The notes beneath the pieces are model-generated. The model saw only the letters and a list, made by a program, of their open reading frames with translations. It was not told the DNA's origin and did not search any database. A stretch of 64,000 nucleotides of DNA, from positions 2,496,001-2,560,000 of the forward strand of contig OY781089.1 in NCBI GenBank assembly GCA_963676565.1, given 5' to 3'. A program made the translations under genes and the position numbers. The number at the start of each line of letters is the position of its first letter. The stretch's first letter is position 1. Origin of the DNA: Halarcobacter sp. Its GTDB lineage: Bacteria; Campylobacterota; Campylobacteria; Campylobacterales; Arcobacteraceae. Shown one piece after another: positions 40,435 to 50,538 of the stretch.

Positions 40435-40447
40435 GCTCTCTTTTCTT
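40423..40447 (+). terminator. Intrinsic terminator overlapping the stop codon
   Basis: AAGAGAGC-TTAA-GCTCTCTT followed by TTCTT. Confidence 0.7.
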
Positions 40448-40485
40448 AACAAGACAACTACAAATAACTTTTAATCTACTTTTTT

Positions 40486-40494
40486 TGATATAAT
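40486..40494 (+). promoter_or_regulatory. Extended -10 promoter
   Basis: TGATATAAT preceded by a T-tract, 27 nt upstream of the ATPase ATG. Confidence 0.6.
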
Positions 40495-40521
40495 TCTTCA
40501 CTAAACTTTTAAAGGCTTATT

Positions 40522-42894
40522 ATGAGTAGCACATTTAATTATGAAAACCTTAAACTTTTTTATATAGGAAAAGAAAAAGTAGATGAAAGATTAATCCCAT
40601 TAGTTTATAAAAATAAACAACTCACAACACATGCAGCAATTATTGGTATGACAGGAAGTGGGAAAACAGGACTTGGTATTTCATTACTTGAAGAAGCTGC
40701 TATTGATAATATCCCTTCTATAATTATTGATCCAAAAGGCGATATGGGAAATTTATTATTAACATTTCCCCAATTAAGAGCAAAAGATTTTGAGCCCTGG
40801 ATTGAAGAGCAAGATGCTATTAATAGCTCTATGAGTGTTACTGAACTAGCACAAAAGACAGCTTCTTTATGGGAAAATGGTCTTCTCAATGATTTTCAAA
40901 ATAAAGATAGAATAGAGAAATTAAAAAATAGTGCAGATTTTACGATTTATACTCCAGGAAGTACCTCAGGAGTTCCTGTATCTGTTTTAGCATCTTTTAA
41001 AGCTCCATCAAAAGAAGTTTTAGATGACGCAGATATTTTAAATCAATTAGTTAACTCAACTGTTTCTTCATTACTTTCTTTAATTGAAATAAAAGAAAGT
41101 AACTCTTCAAAGGAGCATATTTTATTATCTTCAATTTTTATGGACTACTACTATCAAGGAAAAGATTTAAGCTTAGAAGAACTCATCTCAAATATTGTAA
41201 GTCCTCCTTTTAAAAAAGTAGGAATATTTGACTTAGACACTTTTTTTGCTTCTGAAGATAGATTAAAATTAGCATTAAAACTAAATTCAATTATTGCAAA
41301 CCCATCATTTAAAACATGGATTCAAGGTGAGCCTCTAGATATATCTAAAATGTTATATGACGAAAATGGAAAAGCAAAAGTATCAATTTTTTCTATTTCC
41401 CATTTAAATGATTCTCAGAGAATGTTCTTTGTATCTCTTTTATTAAATCAAATGGTAGCTTGGATGAGAAGACAAGAGGGAACAAGTTCATTAAAAGCCT
41501 TACTTTACATGGATGAGATTTTCGGATACTTTCCACCATCAAAAAACCCTCCCACAAAACAACCAATGTTAACACTTTTAAAACAAGCCAGATCTTTTGG
41601 TGTAGGAGTTATTTTATCAACACAAAATCCAGTTGATTTAGATTACAAAGGTTTATCAAATATTGGAACCTGGTTTATTGGTAGATTACAAACAAAACAA
41701 GATAAAGAAAAAGTTATTGATGGTTTAACAACAGGAGCCAATTCAAACCTAGATAAAAAAGAGCTTTTTGATTTATTATCTAAACTTGAAAAAAGAAACT
41801 TTATAATGAAAAATATTCATGAAGATACAGTAAAAGTTTTTAAAACAAGATGGGTTTTGTCATATTTAAAGGGTCCTATATCTAAAGAAGATATAAAAAA
41901 ATTGATGTCTGAAAAAATCAAAAAAGCATCAATAAAGAATAAAGAAGAAACTGATAATAAAAAATCTTTAAGAAGAAACCTTGATAATTCTACTAATAAC
42001 ATAAAACCCATAGTTCCAAATGAATTAGAAGAATTATACTTATATAAATCACAAAATGATTCATACCAAATGCAACCTTATCTTTTAGCCTCAAGTGAAA
42101 TAAATTTTTATAATGCAGCCAAAGATATTGATTTAAAAAAACAGATTATTCAAAAAATTTATTTAGATGAAACAAATTTAGAAGTAAACTGGGAGGACTA
42201 TGAATCGCTAAAAGAAAAAGTATTTACTAGAAATGAAAAGATAAACTCTTCTTATTATAACCTTCCAAATTTTATGTTAAACATAAGAGATTTAAAAGAA
42301 ATCCACAAAGATTTTACTAATAGAATCTATAAAAATAATGTTTTAATTCTTTATAAGAATAAACCATTAAAATTACTATCTAAACAAAATGAATCATTAG
42401 AAGATTTTAAAATTAGAATCCAAGATAGATTAAATGAAAATATTGATGAAGAAGTAGAAAAACTTCAAATAAAATTTCAAAGAGATGAAAAAAGATTAGA
42501 AAATAAATTAAATGATTTATATGTAAAACTTGAAAAAGAAAAAGACCAAGCAACAGCAAAAACAACTGATACCTTAATATCAATTGGTTCTTCTATTTTA
42601 GGTGCATTTTTTGGTAAATCTTCATCAAGTAGAACAAATATTGGAAGAGCAGCAAGTGGTATTAAAAATGCTTCAAAAGTATTAAAAGAAAGAAAAGATG
42701 TAAAATTTGTTGAATCAGAAATAGAAGAGGTTTCAAATGAAATCTCTTCTTTAAATCAAAAGCTTGAAATAGAAATTGAAAAAATAAAAGAAGAGTTTAA
42801 CTTCAATAACTATGAAATAGAAGAAGAAAAAGTAAAATTAAGAAGAAAAGATATTTATAATGTATCTATTTCACTTTTATGGGAAGAGGTTTAA
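40522..42894 (+). CDS. HerA/FtsK-superfamily (DUF87-like) ATPase with C-terminal coiled coil
   Basis: HAAIIGMTGSGKT, IIIDPKGD, Walker B LLYMDE and ARSFGVGVILSTQNP. Confidence 0.85.
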   Translation: MSSTFNYENLKLFYIGKEKVDERLIPLVYKNKQLTTHAAIIGMTGSGKTGLGISLLEEAAIDNIPSIIIDPKGDMGNLLLTFPQLRAKDFEPWIEEQDAINSSMSVTELAQKTASLWENGLLNDFQNKDRIEKLKNSADFTIYTPGSTSGVPVSVLASFKAPSKEVLDDADILNQLVNSTVSSLLSLIEIKESNSSKEHILLSSIFMDYYYQGKDLSLEELISNIVSPPFKKVGIFDLDTFFASEDRLKLALKLNSIIANPSFKTWIQGEPLDISKMLYDENGKAKVSIFSISHLNDSQRMFFVSLLLNQMVAWMRRQEGTSSLKALLYMDEIFGYFPPSKNPPTKQPMLTLLKQARSFGVGVILSTQNPVDLDYKGLSNIGTWFIGRLQTKQDKEKVIDGLTTGANSNLDKKELFDLLSKLEKRNFIMKNIHEDTVKVFKTRWVLSYLKGPISKEDIKKLMSEKIKKASIKNKEETDNKKSLRRNLDNSTNNIKPIVPNELEELYLYKSQNDSYQMQPYLLASSEINFYNAAKDIDLKKQIIQKIYLDETNLEVNWEDYESLKEKVFTRNEKINSSYYNLPNFMLNIRDLKEIHKDFTNRIYKNNVLILYKNKPLKLLSKQNESLEDFKIRIQDRLNENIDEEVEKLQIKFQRDEKRLENKLNDLYVKLEKEKDQATAKTTDTLISIGSSILGAFFGKSSSSRTNIGRAASGIKNASKVLKERKDVKFVESEIEEVSNEISSLNQKLEIEIEKIKEEFNFNNYEIEEEKVKLRRKDIYNVSISLLWEEV

Positions 42895-42895
42895 A

Positions 42896-43372
42896 ATGTT
42901 AAAAGAGTTTATCAGTTCGTTTAAAAGTTGTGTTTTATCAACCATTGATGAAAAAGGAAATCCTTTTTCAAGTTATGCACCTTTTATTATTCAAGATGGG
43001 AAATACTACGTTTATATTAGCTCAATGGCTAAACATACTAAAAATCTTGATTTACATAAAAAAGTAGCATTATTTTTTGTTGAAGATGAAATTAGTTGTG
43101 AAAATATATTTGGTAGAAAAAGAGTTGTTTTACAATGTAATTCAAATAAACTTCCAAGGGATACAGATAGCTTTGAAGAACTTGTAAATATTTTTGAAAA
43201 GAAACATGGTTCTACTATGAAAATGTTAAAATCAATGAAAGATTTTTCATTTTATGAATTTGAAGTTTTTGATGGTGAAGCTGTATTTGGCTTTGGAGAA
43301 GCCTACAATGTAGGTGGAAAAAATTTCGATGAATTAGTAGAAAGAAAAGGATTAAGTGGCCATAAGAAATAA
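42896..43372 (+). CDS. HugZ/HutZ-like split-barrel haem utilisation protein
   Basis: LST..GNP.SSYAPF, ISSMAKHTKNL, RKR and VFGFGEAY. Start set to ATG 42896. Confidence 0.8.
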   Translation: MLKEFISSFKSCVLSTIDEKGNPFSSYAPFIIQDGKYYVYISSMAKHTKNLDLHKKVALFFVEDEISCENIFGRKRVVLQCNSNKLPRDTDSFEELVNIFEKKHGSTMKMLKSMKDFSFYEFEVFDGEAVFGFGEAYNVGGKNFDELVERKGLSGHKK

Positions 43373-43377
43373 ATCTC

Positions 43378-44019
43378 TTATGGTGCCAGTCTTTCTACTT
43401 TCCAAGTGTTATCTTCTTGTAAGGTATAAACAAATCTATCATGCAATCTATTCTCTCCACCTTGCCAAAACTCAATTTTAATAGGCTTTACAATATAACC
43501 TCCCCAAAAATCAGGGAAAGGTATCTCTCCTTTTACAAACTTGTTTTTTATTTCGTTAAATTTTGCTTCAAGTAAAGATCTTGAGCTAATAACTTCACTT
43601 TGGTGAGAAACCCAAGCACCTATTTGGCTACCTTTAGGTCTAGATAAAAAATATTTTAAAGACTCTTTTGTAGAAATTTTTTCTATAGTTCCTTCAATTT
43701 TCACTTGTCTATCTAATTCTAGCCAAGGGAATAACATCCCTGCATAAGGGTTTTCTTCAATATCAACTGCTTTTTTCGATTTATAATTAGAGAAAAAGAC
43801 AAAACCATTTTTATCGAAAATTTTCATTAAAACAGTTCTTACACTTGGAATTTTATCATTTCCAACCGTTGCAAGGGCAAAAGCATTTGGCTCAGTAAGT
43901 TTTGCATCAAGAGCTTGTTGAAACCACAACTCAAATTGTAGCATTGGATCGGGATTTAAATCTTTTTCATCAAGACCTTTTTTTCTATATTCCCGTCTCA
44001 TAGATGTTGCATCAATCAA
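43378..44019 (-). CDS. pdxH: Pyridoxine/pyridoxamine 5'-phosphate oxidase
   Basis: RTVLMK, RQVKIEG, SRP, WGGY, EFWQG..RLHDR and RLAP. Confidence 0.96.
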   Translation of the reverse strand: MIDATSMRREYRKKGLDEKDLNPDPMLQFELWFQQALDAKLTEPNAFALATVGNDKIPSVRTVLMKIFDKNGFVFFSNYKSKKAVDIEENPYAGMLFPWLELDRQVKIEGTIEKISTKESLKYFLSRPKGSQIGAWVSHQSEVISSRSLLEAKFNEIKNKFVKGEIPFPDFWGGYIVKPIKIEFWQGGENRLHDRFVYTLQEDNTWKVERLAP

Positions 44020-44109
44020 TTTGTTTTCCTAATGTTAATATTTATAATTTTAACATTTTTAAATGTAAGTTTGTAGTAGATTTTTGAATATAGAAGCAGA
44101 AATAAAAAA

Positions 44110-44793
44110 TTATTCTTCTATTTCTGCTGTAGATTGAGATTCTAATTCTTTTTGTGAATCTGTTTTTAAAAGCTCTGAAATTTTTTCATCTATTATTGTT
44201 AAGGTCTCTTTTTGTGTTTGATATGAAATTTCAGGTAATGTTCCACCCCACATTTTTTCAGCCTCTTCAAAACCTTGAACAACACCTCTTCTTGCTTCTT
44301 GTAATGCTTCTACATTATCTCCTGCAAGATTTATAACAAAAGAACTAACTCTTTTAGATGTTTCTGAAATACCAAAAAATCCTTCATCAGAAACTAAATC
44401 TTTCGCCTCATCTGCAGATAATTCAGTAATAGGTTTACCATCATATCCAATAGATTTTAAAGAAAAGCCACCATCAATCTCTTTTCCAGATAAAAAATCA
44501 TACACTTCTGTATTGTTAATAATGTTCATTAATGAACTTTGAGCTGAAGTATTTCCTTGAGAGTATTCAACACTTTTTATGTTTAAAAATACTTTCAAGC
44601 TTTCCATTGAAATTGAAACATTAACTGCAGAATTATGAATTTTACTTTCATTATTTGCGGGGTCATGAATCTTATGGCCTTCTAAAGGATTTTGCACTTT
44701 ATTATGTTCAGCCACTTTTTCATAAGCTTTTGCTTTTTCAGCTTGAAATGTACTATTTAACTGATTATCAACGTTTAAACTGACTGCATCCAT
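44110..44793 (-). CDS. Conserved hypothetical protein (DUF5610-like; recalls C. jejuni Cj0391c/FedB)
   Basis: SD AAGGAG; C-terminal GYDGK..EA..L.S.EGFFG...TS.R...F...GFEEAEKMWGGTLPEIS. Confidence 0.55.
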   Translation of the reverse strand: MDAVSLNVDNQLNSTFQAEKAKAYEKVAEHNKVQNPLEGHKIHDPANNESKIHNSAVNVSISMESLKVFLNIKSVEYSQGNTSAQSSLMNIINNTEVYDFLSGKEIDGGFSLKSIGYDGKPITELSADEAKDLVSDEGFFGISETSKRVSSFVINLAGDNVEALQEARRGVVQGFEEAEKMWGGTLPEISYQTQKETLTIIDEKISELLKTDSQKELESQSTAEIEE

Positions 44794-44958
44794 TTCAAAC
44801 TCCTTATTATATATTATCTAACTTTACTATTACATTTCTTAATATTAGCTTATATAAGAATCTTTATTTATATAATATTTACTTTTATCTTTAATTTTAT
44901 TTCTATATTTTATTTTAGTTTTTTTTCACTATAATATTTGCGATTAGGGGAAACATTA

Positions 44959-46743
44959 ATGATTAGATTTTTTTATTTTTTATTTTTCACAACAATTTTT
45001 GCATATGCAAACACCTCAAGTTATACTACTACTGAACAAAATGTTTTTGAAATGAATCAAGGAAATAAAGTACTTATACCTTTTGAAGACGAGTTTCTAA
45101 AAAAAGAAATAAAAGTAGAGATAAAAAAATTATTAAAAATAAAAAACCCTTCAAAACTAAGTTATAATCTAACAAGAAAATATTATAAATACCATAATTT
45201 TAATCCTTTTTTTGTATCTGATAAAGGAATAAAAAATATTGCCTTTGAACTTCTTACAACTATTAAGAAAGATGAAATCTTAAAACCTATCATCTCTAAA
45301 TTTTTTGACATTGATTCAATTGAGAAACAAATTAATCTAATAAATCAAAAAACTCTTGATGCAAAAGAGTTAGTAAAATTAGATTTTATGTTGATTTCCA
45401 CTTATCACATATATATGAGACACCTATCAAATGGTATTATTGATTGGGAAAAGTTTGAAGAAGACCTAGCAAAACTTGAAGAAGAGGAAGAGATAATTGC
45501 AAAGTGGCAAAGATACAAAGTTTTTACTAATTATAGAAAACTACTTTATAAAGCTGTTGAAAATGATGATATTTCTTTAGCAATTGATAAAACTAACTAC
45601 ACTTTTCCCAAAGTAAAAGAGTTATCAAATACTATTAATAAATACGAAGAGATTAAAAAAAATGGTGGTTTCTTAAGAATTCCAGAAATAACAAAATCTC
45701 TAAAAAAAGATAATTATTATTCTCAAATTTATTATTTAAGACAAAGGCTTTATCAAAGTGGTGACTTAGAAAATACAGATTGTGAAATAGAAGATAAAAT
45801 TGATGAAAATAATAATATAAAAAAGTGTTATGAATATTTCGATAATTCAGTTTTTGAAGCAGTTAAAACATTTCAAAAAAGACATGGATTAATTGATGAT
45901 GGAATTGTTGGTAAAAATACAATTAAATGGTTAAATCTTTCAATTGATGAAAGAATTAAAATCATAAGACTAAATCTTGAAAGAATGAGATGGCTACCAA
46001 GAAACCTTGGAGAAAAATATATAATTGTTAATATTCCTGATTTTCAACTAAAAATGTATAATAACTCAGAAAAGATTTTGGATATGGCTGTAGTCGTAGG
46101 AGAAAGAGAGCACCCTACTCCAATTTTTAGCCACAAAGTATCAACAGTAGTTCTAAACCCTTATTGGAGAATACCTCAAAGAATTGTAAGACGTGAAATT
46201 ATCCCAAAACTTGTAGAAGATTCTATGTATTTAGTTGAAAATGAGATTAAAGCATTTGAAAATTGGGATCATAAATCAATGGAATATGACGTATCGGCAG
46301 TTGATTGGAGTATGTATTTAGATAATGAATTAATTGGTACTAGTGAATCTGCTCCAATGAGATTTATTCAAATCCCTGGAGATAAAAACCCTCTAGGAAG
46401 AATGAAGTTTTTATTTCCAAATAAATACTCTGTATATCTTCATGATACGCCAGCAAAATCTTTATTTAAAAAATCATCGAGAGCCTTTTCCCATGGATGT
46501 ATTAGAGTTTCAAAACCACATGAATTACTAAAGGTAATTGCAGATGAAGATAAAACTTTTAAATACGAAGAGGCTCAAAAAATTTTAGATGATATTGAGA
46601 AAAAAGATTTAGATTTAAAAAATAAAATTCCTGTTCATATAGTTTATTTAACTTCTTGGATTGACGAGGAAGGGAATATACAATTTAGGGATGATATTTA
46701 CAACTATGATAAGATGCAAATAAAATATATTTATGAAAATTAA
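44959..46743 (+). CDS. L,D-transpeptidase, YcbB/LdtD type
   Basis: PG-binding motif FQKRHGL..DGIVG, VNIP, NPYW, NPLG and catalytic YLHDT...SHGCIR. Start set to ATG 44959. Confidence 0.93.
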   Translation: MIRFFYFLFFTTIFAYANTSSYTTTEQNVFEMNQGNKVLIPFEDEFLKKEIKVEIKKLLKIKNPSKLSYNLTRKYYKYHNFNPFFVSDKGIKNIAFELLTTIKKDEILKPIISKFFDIDSIEKQINLINQKTLDAKELVKLDFMLISTYHIYMRHLSNGIIDWEKFEEDLAKLEEEEEIIAKWQRYKVFTNYRKLLYKAVENDDISLAIDKTNYTFPKVKELSNTINKYEEIKKNGGFLRIPEITKSLKKDNYYSQIYYLRQRLYQSGDLENTDCEIEDKIDENNNIKKCYEYFDNSVFEAVKTFQKRHGLIDDGIVGKNTIKWLNLSIDERIKIIRLNLERMRWLPRNLGEKYIIVNIPDFQLKMYNNSEKILDMAVVVGEREHPTPIFSHKVSTVVLNPYWRIPQRIVRREIIPKLVEDSMYLVENEIKAFENWDHKSMEYDVSAVDWSMYLDNELIGTSESAPMRFIQIPGDKNPLGRMKFLFPNKYSVYLHDTPAKSLFKKSSRAFSHGCIRVSKPHELLKVIADEDKTFKYEEAQKILDDIEKKDLDLKNKIPVHIVYLTSWIDEEGNIQFRDDIYNYDKMQIKYIYEN

Positions 46744-47861
46744 GAGACAAATTTAAAAGTTTTTAAACTCTCTTTTAATTGTTTTATATCATCTAACTGT
46801 AAAAAATACTCAGGTTTTACAAGATATTTCATAAATCTAACTTCAGCATTTGTAAAACCATCTAACTCTTTATCTTTTATAGAGGTTTCTTTAGTAGTTA
46901 TTCTAACCCTTTTTAGTTTTCCATTTTGATTTTTTACATAAAAAACTAAATCAAAATCTTTTGTATTTATTTTTTCAATGGTTACAAATACATTTAAAAT
47001 ATAATCTGAATATGAAGGTACAAGCTTTAAAAACTCATCAATATCTAAAAAACCTATGTAAAGCTTCGTATAGATACCAAAATATAAAGAGAGTTTTTTT
47101 GATTTAAAAAAGTTTAAATCCACAAAACCTTTTTCTCTACTTTTTTTAAATATCCACTCCAATGTTTGAAAATATATAAATTTTGAGTGTCTTATTGTAT
47201 ATGCTTCTATAAATTTTTCATGGGTATATGGTGTTTTAAAATTACGTTTTTTTCTATTAAAAACAAGTTGTTTTAAAAGTTCATCATCATTTAAATCTTT
47301 TGTAATCCAAATAGTACAATATTGAGGAAACCTTTTTAATCCAACTGTTCCTTGTGTCAAAATTATTAAGGCTCTAATATGATACTTTGGGAATAAAACC
47401 TTTAATAAAGCATATTTCTTTTCTAATCTTTTATTTAAGCTAACTGTTTTCTTAGAAGTACTCATCTCTACAAAATAAAGTGCATCATTGGTAAAAAAAA
47501 GTGCATCAAATTCACTTATATCTTTATAATTTGATTTATAAGCAATTTGTAGTTTTTTATCAATCATTAAACCTGTTTTATAAAACTTATCTATTCTATT
47601 TTGGTGAGGGCCTTTTAAAACAAACTTTGTGATAAATTGATTATGTAAGGCATATTCTAATAGTAATTCATAAATAATGTTTTCAAAAACTTCACCTTTA
47701 AAACTATTATATGTAGCAATATCCTCTAAAGGGATCTCTTCATTTTCTGATTTTAAAAGGGGTTTTACATTTCTTGAATCATATTTATAGAAGAATAGAT
47801 GTTCTTTAATTTTTGATGTGTCTAAATTTTTTATTTCTTTTGATATTTTTAACTGCTGCAA
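46740..47861 (-). CDS. Hypothetical protein with a PD-(D/E)xK nuclease-like motif
   Basis: KGEVFE...SEFDALF....LYFVEMSTSK. Confidence 0.55.
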   Translation of the reverse strand: MQQLKISKEIKNLDTSKIKEHLFFYKYDSRNVKPLLKSENEEIPLEDIATYNSFKGEVFENIIYELLLEYALHNQFITKFVLKGPHQNRIDKFYKTGLMIDKKLQIAYKSNYKDISEFDALFFTNDALYFVEMSTSKKTVSLNKRLEKKYALLKVLFPKYHIRALIILTQGTVGLKRFPQYCTIWITKDLNDDELLKQLVFNRKKRNFKTPYTHEKFIEAYTIRHSKFIYFQTLEWIFKKSREKGFVDLNFFKSKKLSLYFGIYTKLYIGFLDIDEFLKLVPSYSDYILNVFVTIEKINTKDFDLVFYVKNQNGKLKRVRITTKETSIKDKELDGFTNAEVRFMKYLVKPEYFLQLDDIKQLKESLKTFKFVS

Positions 47862-47981
47862 ATCACTTAACTTTCTTTAAAAACCTTTAATTTTGGGGAT
47901 TATACCTAAACTAAGCAACTTTGTAAAGTGAATTTAAATAAATAAAAATATAATTATTTAAAATAAAAGAAAATGGGTTAT

Positions 47982-48500
47982 ATGAAACATATCGTACTTT
48001 TAATTATTATAGTTTTTACTTTTGTTGCTTGTGGTACAAAACAGATTACAAAAAATAAGATTTTGGAACAAAAAGAGAATAATGTTTTAAAACTTTACTC
48101 TAAAGTTATCTCTTTATCAGAAAAGATAGATAAGCAAGAAGCAAAAGAGTTTTCACAAGAAGTTATATTCTTTTCAAAAAAATTAGCCTTTGAATATGAG
48201 GTTCAAACTCCTGCTTTGATGCACAATACCTTAATCAATTTAGGTTTAAAACAAAGGGGACTTTGTTATCATTATGCTAATGATTTGTTAAGTTTTCTTA
48301 AAAGTAAAAACTTCAAAACTATAAATTTTAAAAAAGTTATTGCAAAAAGAGGTGAATATTTTGAACATACTGCCTTGATTTTGACTAGAGATGACATTAA
48401 ATTTGAAAATGCTATTATATTTGATGCTTGGAGAAATTCAGGTGAACTTTTTTTTAGTAGCATAAAAAATGATACAAGATACAAATGGGAGTTAAAATAG
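47982..48500 (+). CDS. Lipoprotein with a putative Cys-His-Asp triad
   Basis: Lipobox FVAC; GLCYHYA, EHTAL and IFDAW. Confidence 0.6.
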   Translation: MKHIVLLIIIVFTFVACGTKQITKNKILEQKENNVLKLYSKVISLSEKIDKQEAKEFSQEVIFFSKKLAFEYEVQTPALMHNTLINLGLKQRGLCYHYANDLLSFLKSKNFKTINFKKVIAKRGEYFEHTALILTRDDIKFENAIIFDAWRNSGELFFSSIKNDTRYKWELK

Positions 48501-49190
48501 ATGAAAAAAAATATATTAATCACAGGTTGTAGTTCAGGGCTAGGACTTGCATTAACAAACTATTATTTAGATAAAGAGTATATAATTTATGGAATTAGTA
48601 GAACAAAACCAAATATAGAACATGAAAACTTTTATTTTAAAAAATATGATTTATCAAAAATTGAACTTATAAATCAAGAGCTAACTGCATTTTTATCACA
48701 GGTAAAAGAGTTTGAAGTAGTTTATTTAAATGCTGGTATGCTAGGTGGAATTAAAATATTAAAAGATTTATCAATTGATGAAATAAAAGAAGTTTTAGAC
48801 TTAAATGTTTTTGCAAATAAAGAACTTCTTGATATCCTAAGCCCCATGCAAATAAAAACAATAATTGGTATATCATCTGGAGCTTCAATTAAAGGCTCAA
48901 AAGGATGGGGAGCATATTCACTTTCAAAGTCTAGTTTAAATATGTTACTTTCACTTTATTCAAAAGAGATGTTAGATACAAAACTTCTTGCTGTTGCCCC
49001 TGGAGTTATTGAAACACCAATGACTGATGTAATTAGATTTGATGTAGATGATAATATATTTACCTCTGCGAAGGTTTTAAAAGAAGGAGAAATCCAACAG
49101 CCACTTGATACAGCTGCTAGATTAGATGAAGTTGTAAAAAGAGCTGATGAATTTGAATCAGGTTCTTTTATTGATGTAAGAAATATATAA
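48501..49190 (+). CDS. Short-chain dehydrogenase/reductase (sepiapterin reductase-like)
   Basis: TGCSSGLG, NAG, SSGA, YSLSK and PGVIETPM. Confidence 0.9.
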   Translation: MKKNILITGCSSGLGLALTNYYLDKEYIIYGISRTKPNIEHENFYFKKYDLSKIELINQELTAFLSQVKEFEVVYLNAGMLGGIKILKDLSIDEIKEVLDLNVFANKELLDILSPMQIKTIIGISSGASIKGSKGWGAYSLSKSSLNMLLSLYSKEMLDTKLLAVAPGVIETPMTDVIRFDVDDNIFTSAKVLKEGEIQQPLDTAARLDEVVKRADEFESGSFIDVRNI

Positions 49191-49192
49191 AG

Positions 49193-50434
49193 TTATATAC
49201 CCTTTTCTTTTTTAATCTTTTTGATATTTGATAACATCAAAATTGAGATAAGTAAAGCTACTAAGAAAAATCCTGAAAACACATATAGTGTTTGAGAATA
49301 GCTTCCTGTTACATCTTTTACAATTGAGATAATTAATGGACCAACTAAACCAGCTGCTGCCCATGCTGTTAAGATATATCCATGTATAGCACCTAACTCT
49401 TTTGTTCCAAAAATATCACCAATATAAGCTGGGATTGAAGCAAAACCTCCACCATAACAACTCATAATAAAATATAAAATCACTTGAAATACAACAATTT
49501 CAGTAATTGAAGGTAACATATAAAAAGCAACTGCTTGTGTTGCAAAAAAGATGATATAAACAACTGGTCTTGTCAAAAGGTCTGATAATGAAGCCCAGAA
49601 AATTCTTCCTGCACCATTGAATATACCCATTAAACCAACTGCCGCAGCTGCTGCAATTGCTGAGATTCCAACAACTTCTTGAAGTAAAGGAGAAGCAACA
49701 CCAATAATTGCAATACCACATGTAACATTTATAAATAACATCAACCATAAGCCATAAAATCTAGAAGTTTTAACAGCTTCATTAACTGTTAAATTTGCTA
49801 AGTCTTTTTTTAACTTCTTCTTACCAGATGCAATTTTCTTTTTAAATTTTTCTGGCATAAAATCTTCTTCTGGCTTTTGTAAATAAAGAGCAGATAAAAA
49901 CATAACTACAAAATAGATGGCACCTAAAATAAAAAATGTATTTGAAATTCCAACTTTTTCTATTAAAATTTTAATTGTAGGACCCCAAATAGCCGAAGCA
50001 AAACCAAATCCCATAATTGCTAAACCAGTAGCCATTCCTCTTTTATCAGGGAACCACTTTACTAAAGTTGAAACTGGTGAAATATAACCAATACCTAAAC
50101 CACATCCCCCTAATACTCCATAAAAAAAGTATAAAAGTAGTTTTGATTCCATCAAGATTGCAAGACCTGAACCAATGGTACCTAAACCAAATAATGAAGC
50201 AGCAATTAATGCTGATACCCTAGGTCCATTTTTTTCCACAAATTTACCCATAAGTGCAGCAGATAATCCTAAAAAGAAAATTGCAACACTAAATGCAATA
50301 GTTACATCAGTTAAGTTCCATTGCATCTGTTCTTGGATTGGTTTTACATAAACACTCCATGCATACACAGAACCAATACAAATATGTACACCAACAGCAG
50401 CAAGTGCCATTAGCCATCTATTTTTTTCAATCAT
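49193..50434 (-). CDS. OFA/OxlT-family MFS transporter
   Basis: GSVYAWS, GIGYISPV, KWFPDKRG and YGGGF. Start set to ATG 50434 after a GGGGA SD. Confidence 0.9.
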   Translation of the reverse strand: MIEKNRWLMALAAVGVHICIGSVYAWSVYVKPIQEQMQWNLTDVTIAFSVAIFFLGLSAALMGKFVEKNGPRVSALIAASLFGLGTIGSGLAILMESKLLLYFFYGVLGGCGLGIGYISPVSTLVKWFPDKRGMATGLAIMGFGFASAIWGPTIKILIEKVGISNTFFILGAIYFVVMFLSALYLQKPEEDFMPEKFKKKIASGKKKLKKDLANLTVNEAVKTSRFYGLWLMLFINVTCGIAIIGVASPLLQEVVGISAIAAAAAVGLMGIFNGAGRIFWASLSDLLTRPVVYIIFFATQAVAFYMLPSITEIVVFQVILYFIMSCYGGGFASIPAYIGDIFGTKELGAIHGYILTAWAAAGLVGPLIISIVKDVTGSYSQTLYVFSGFFLVALLISILMLSNIKKIKKEKGI

Positions 50435-50512
50435 TATTTTATTCCCCATATGTAAAATGAAAAAAGATTTTATCTATATTTTTTATTAAAAAGCTAAAAG
50501 AAGGGAATTAAT

Positions 50513-50538
50513 AAGAACTAAGCTTAAGCTTAGTTCTT
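50513..50538 (-). terminator. Perfect 26-bp palindrome at the sstT stop
   Basis: AAGAACTAAGCTTAAGCTTAGTTCTT is its own reverse complement. Confidence 0.6.
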
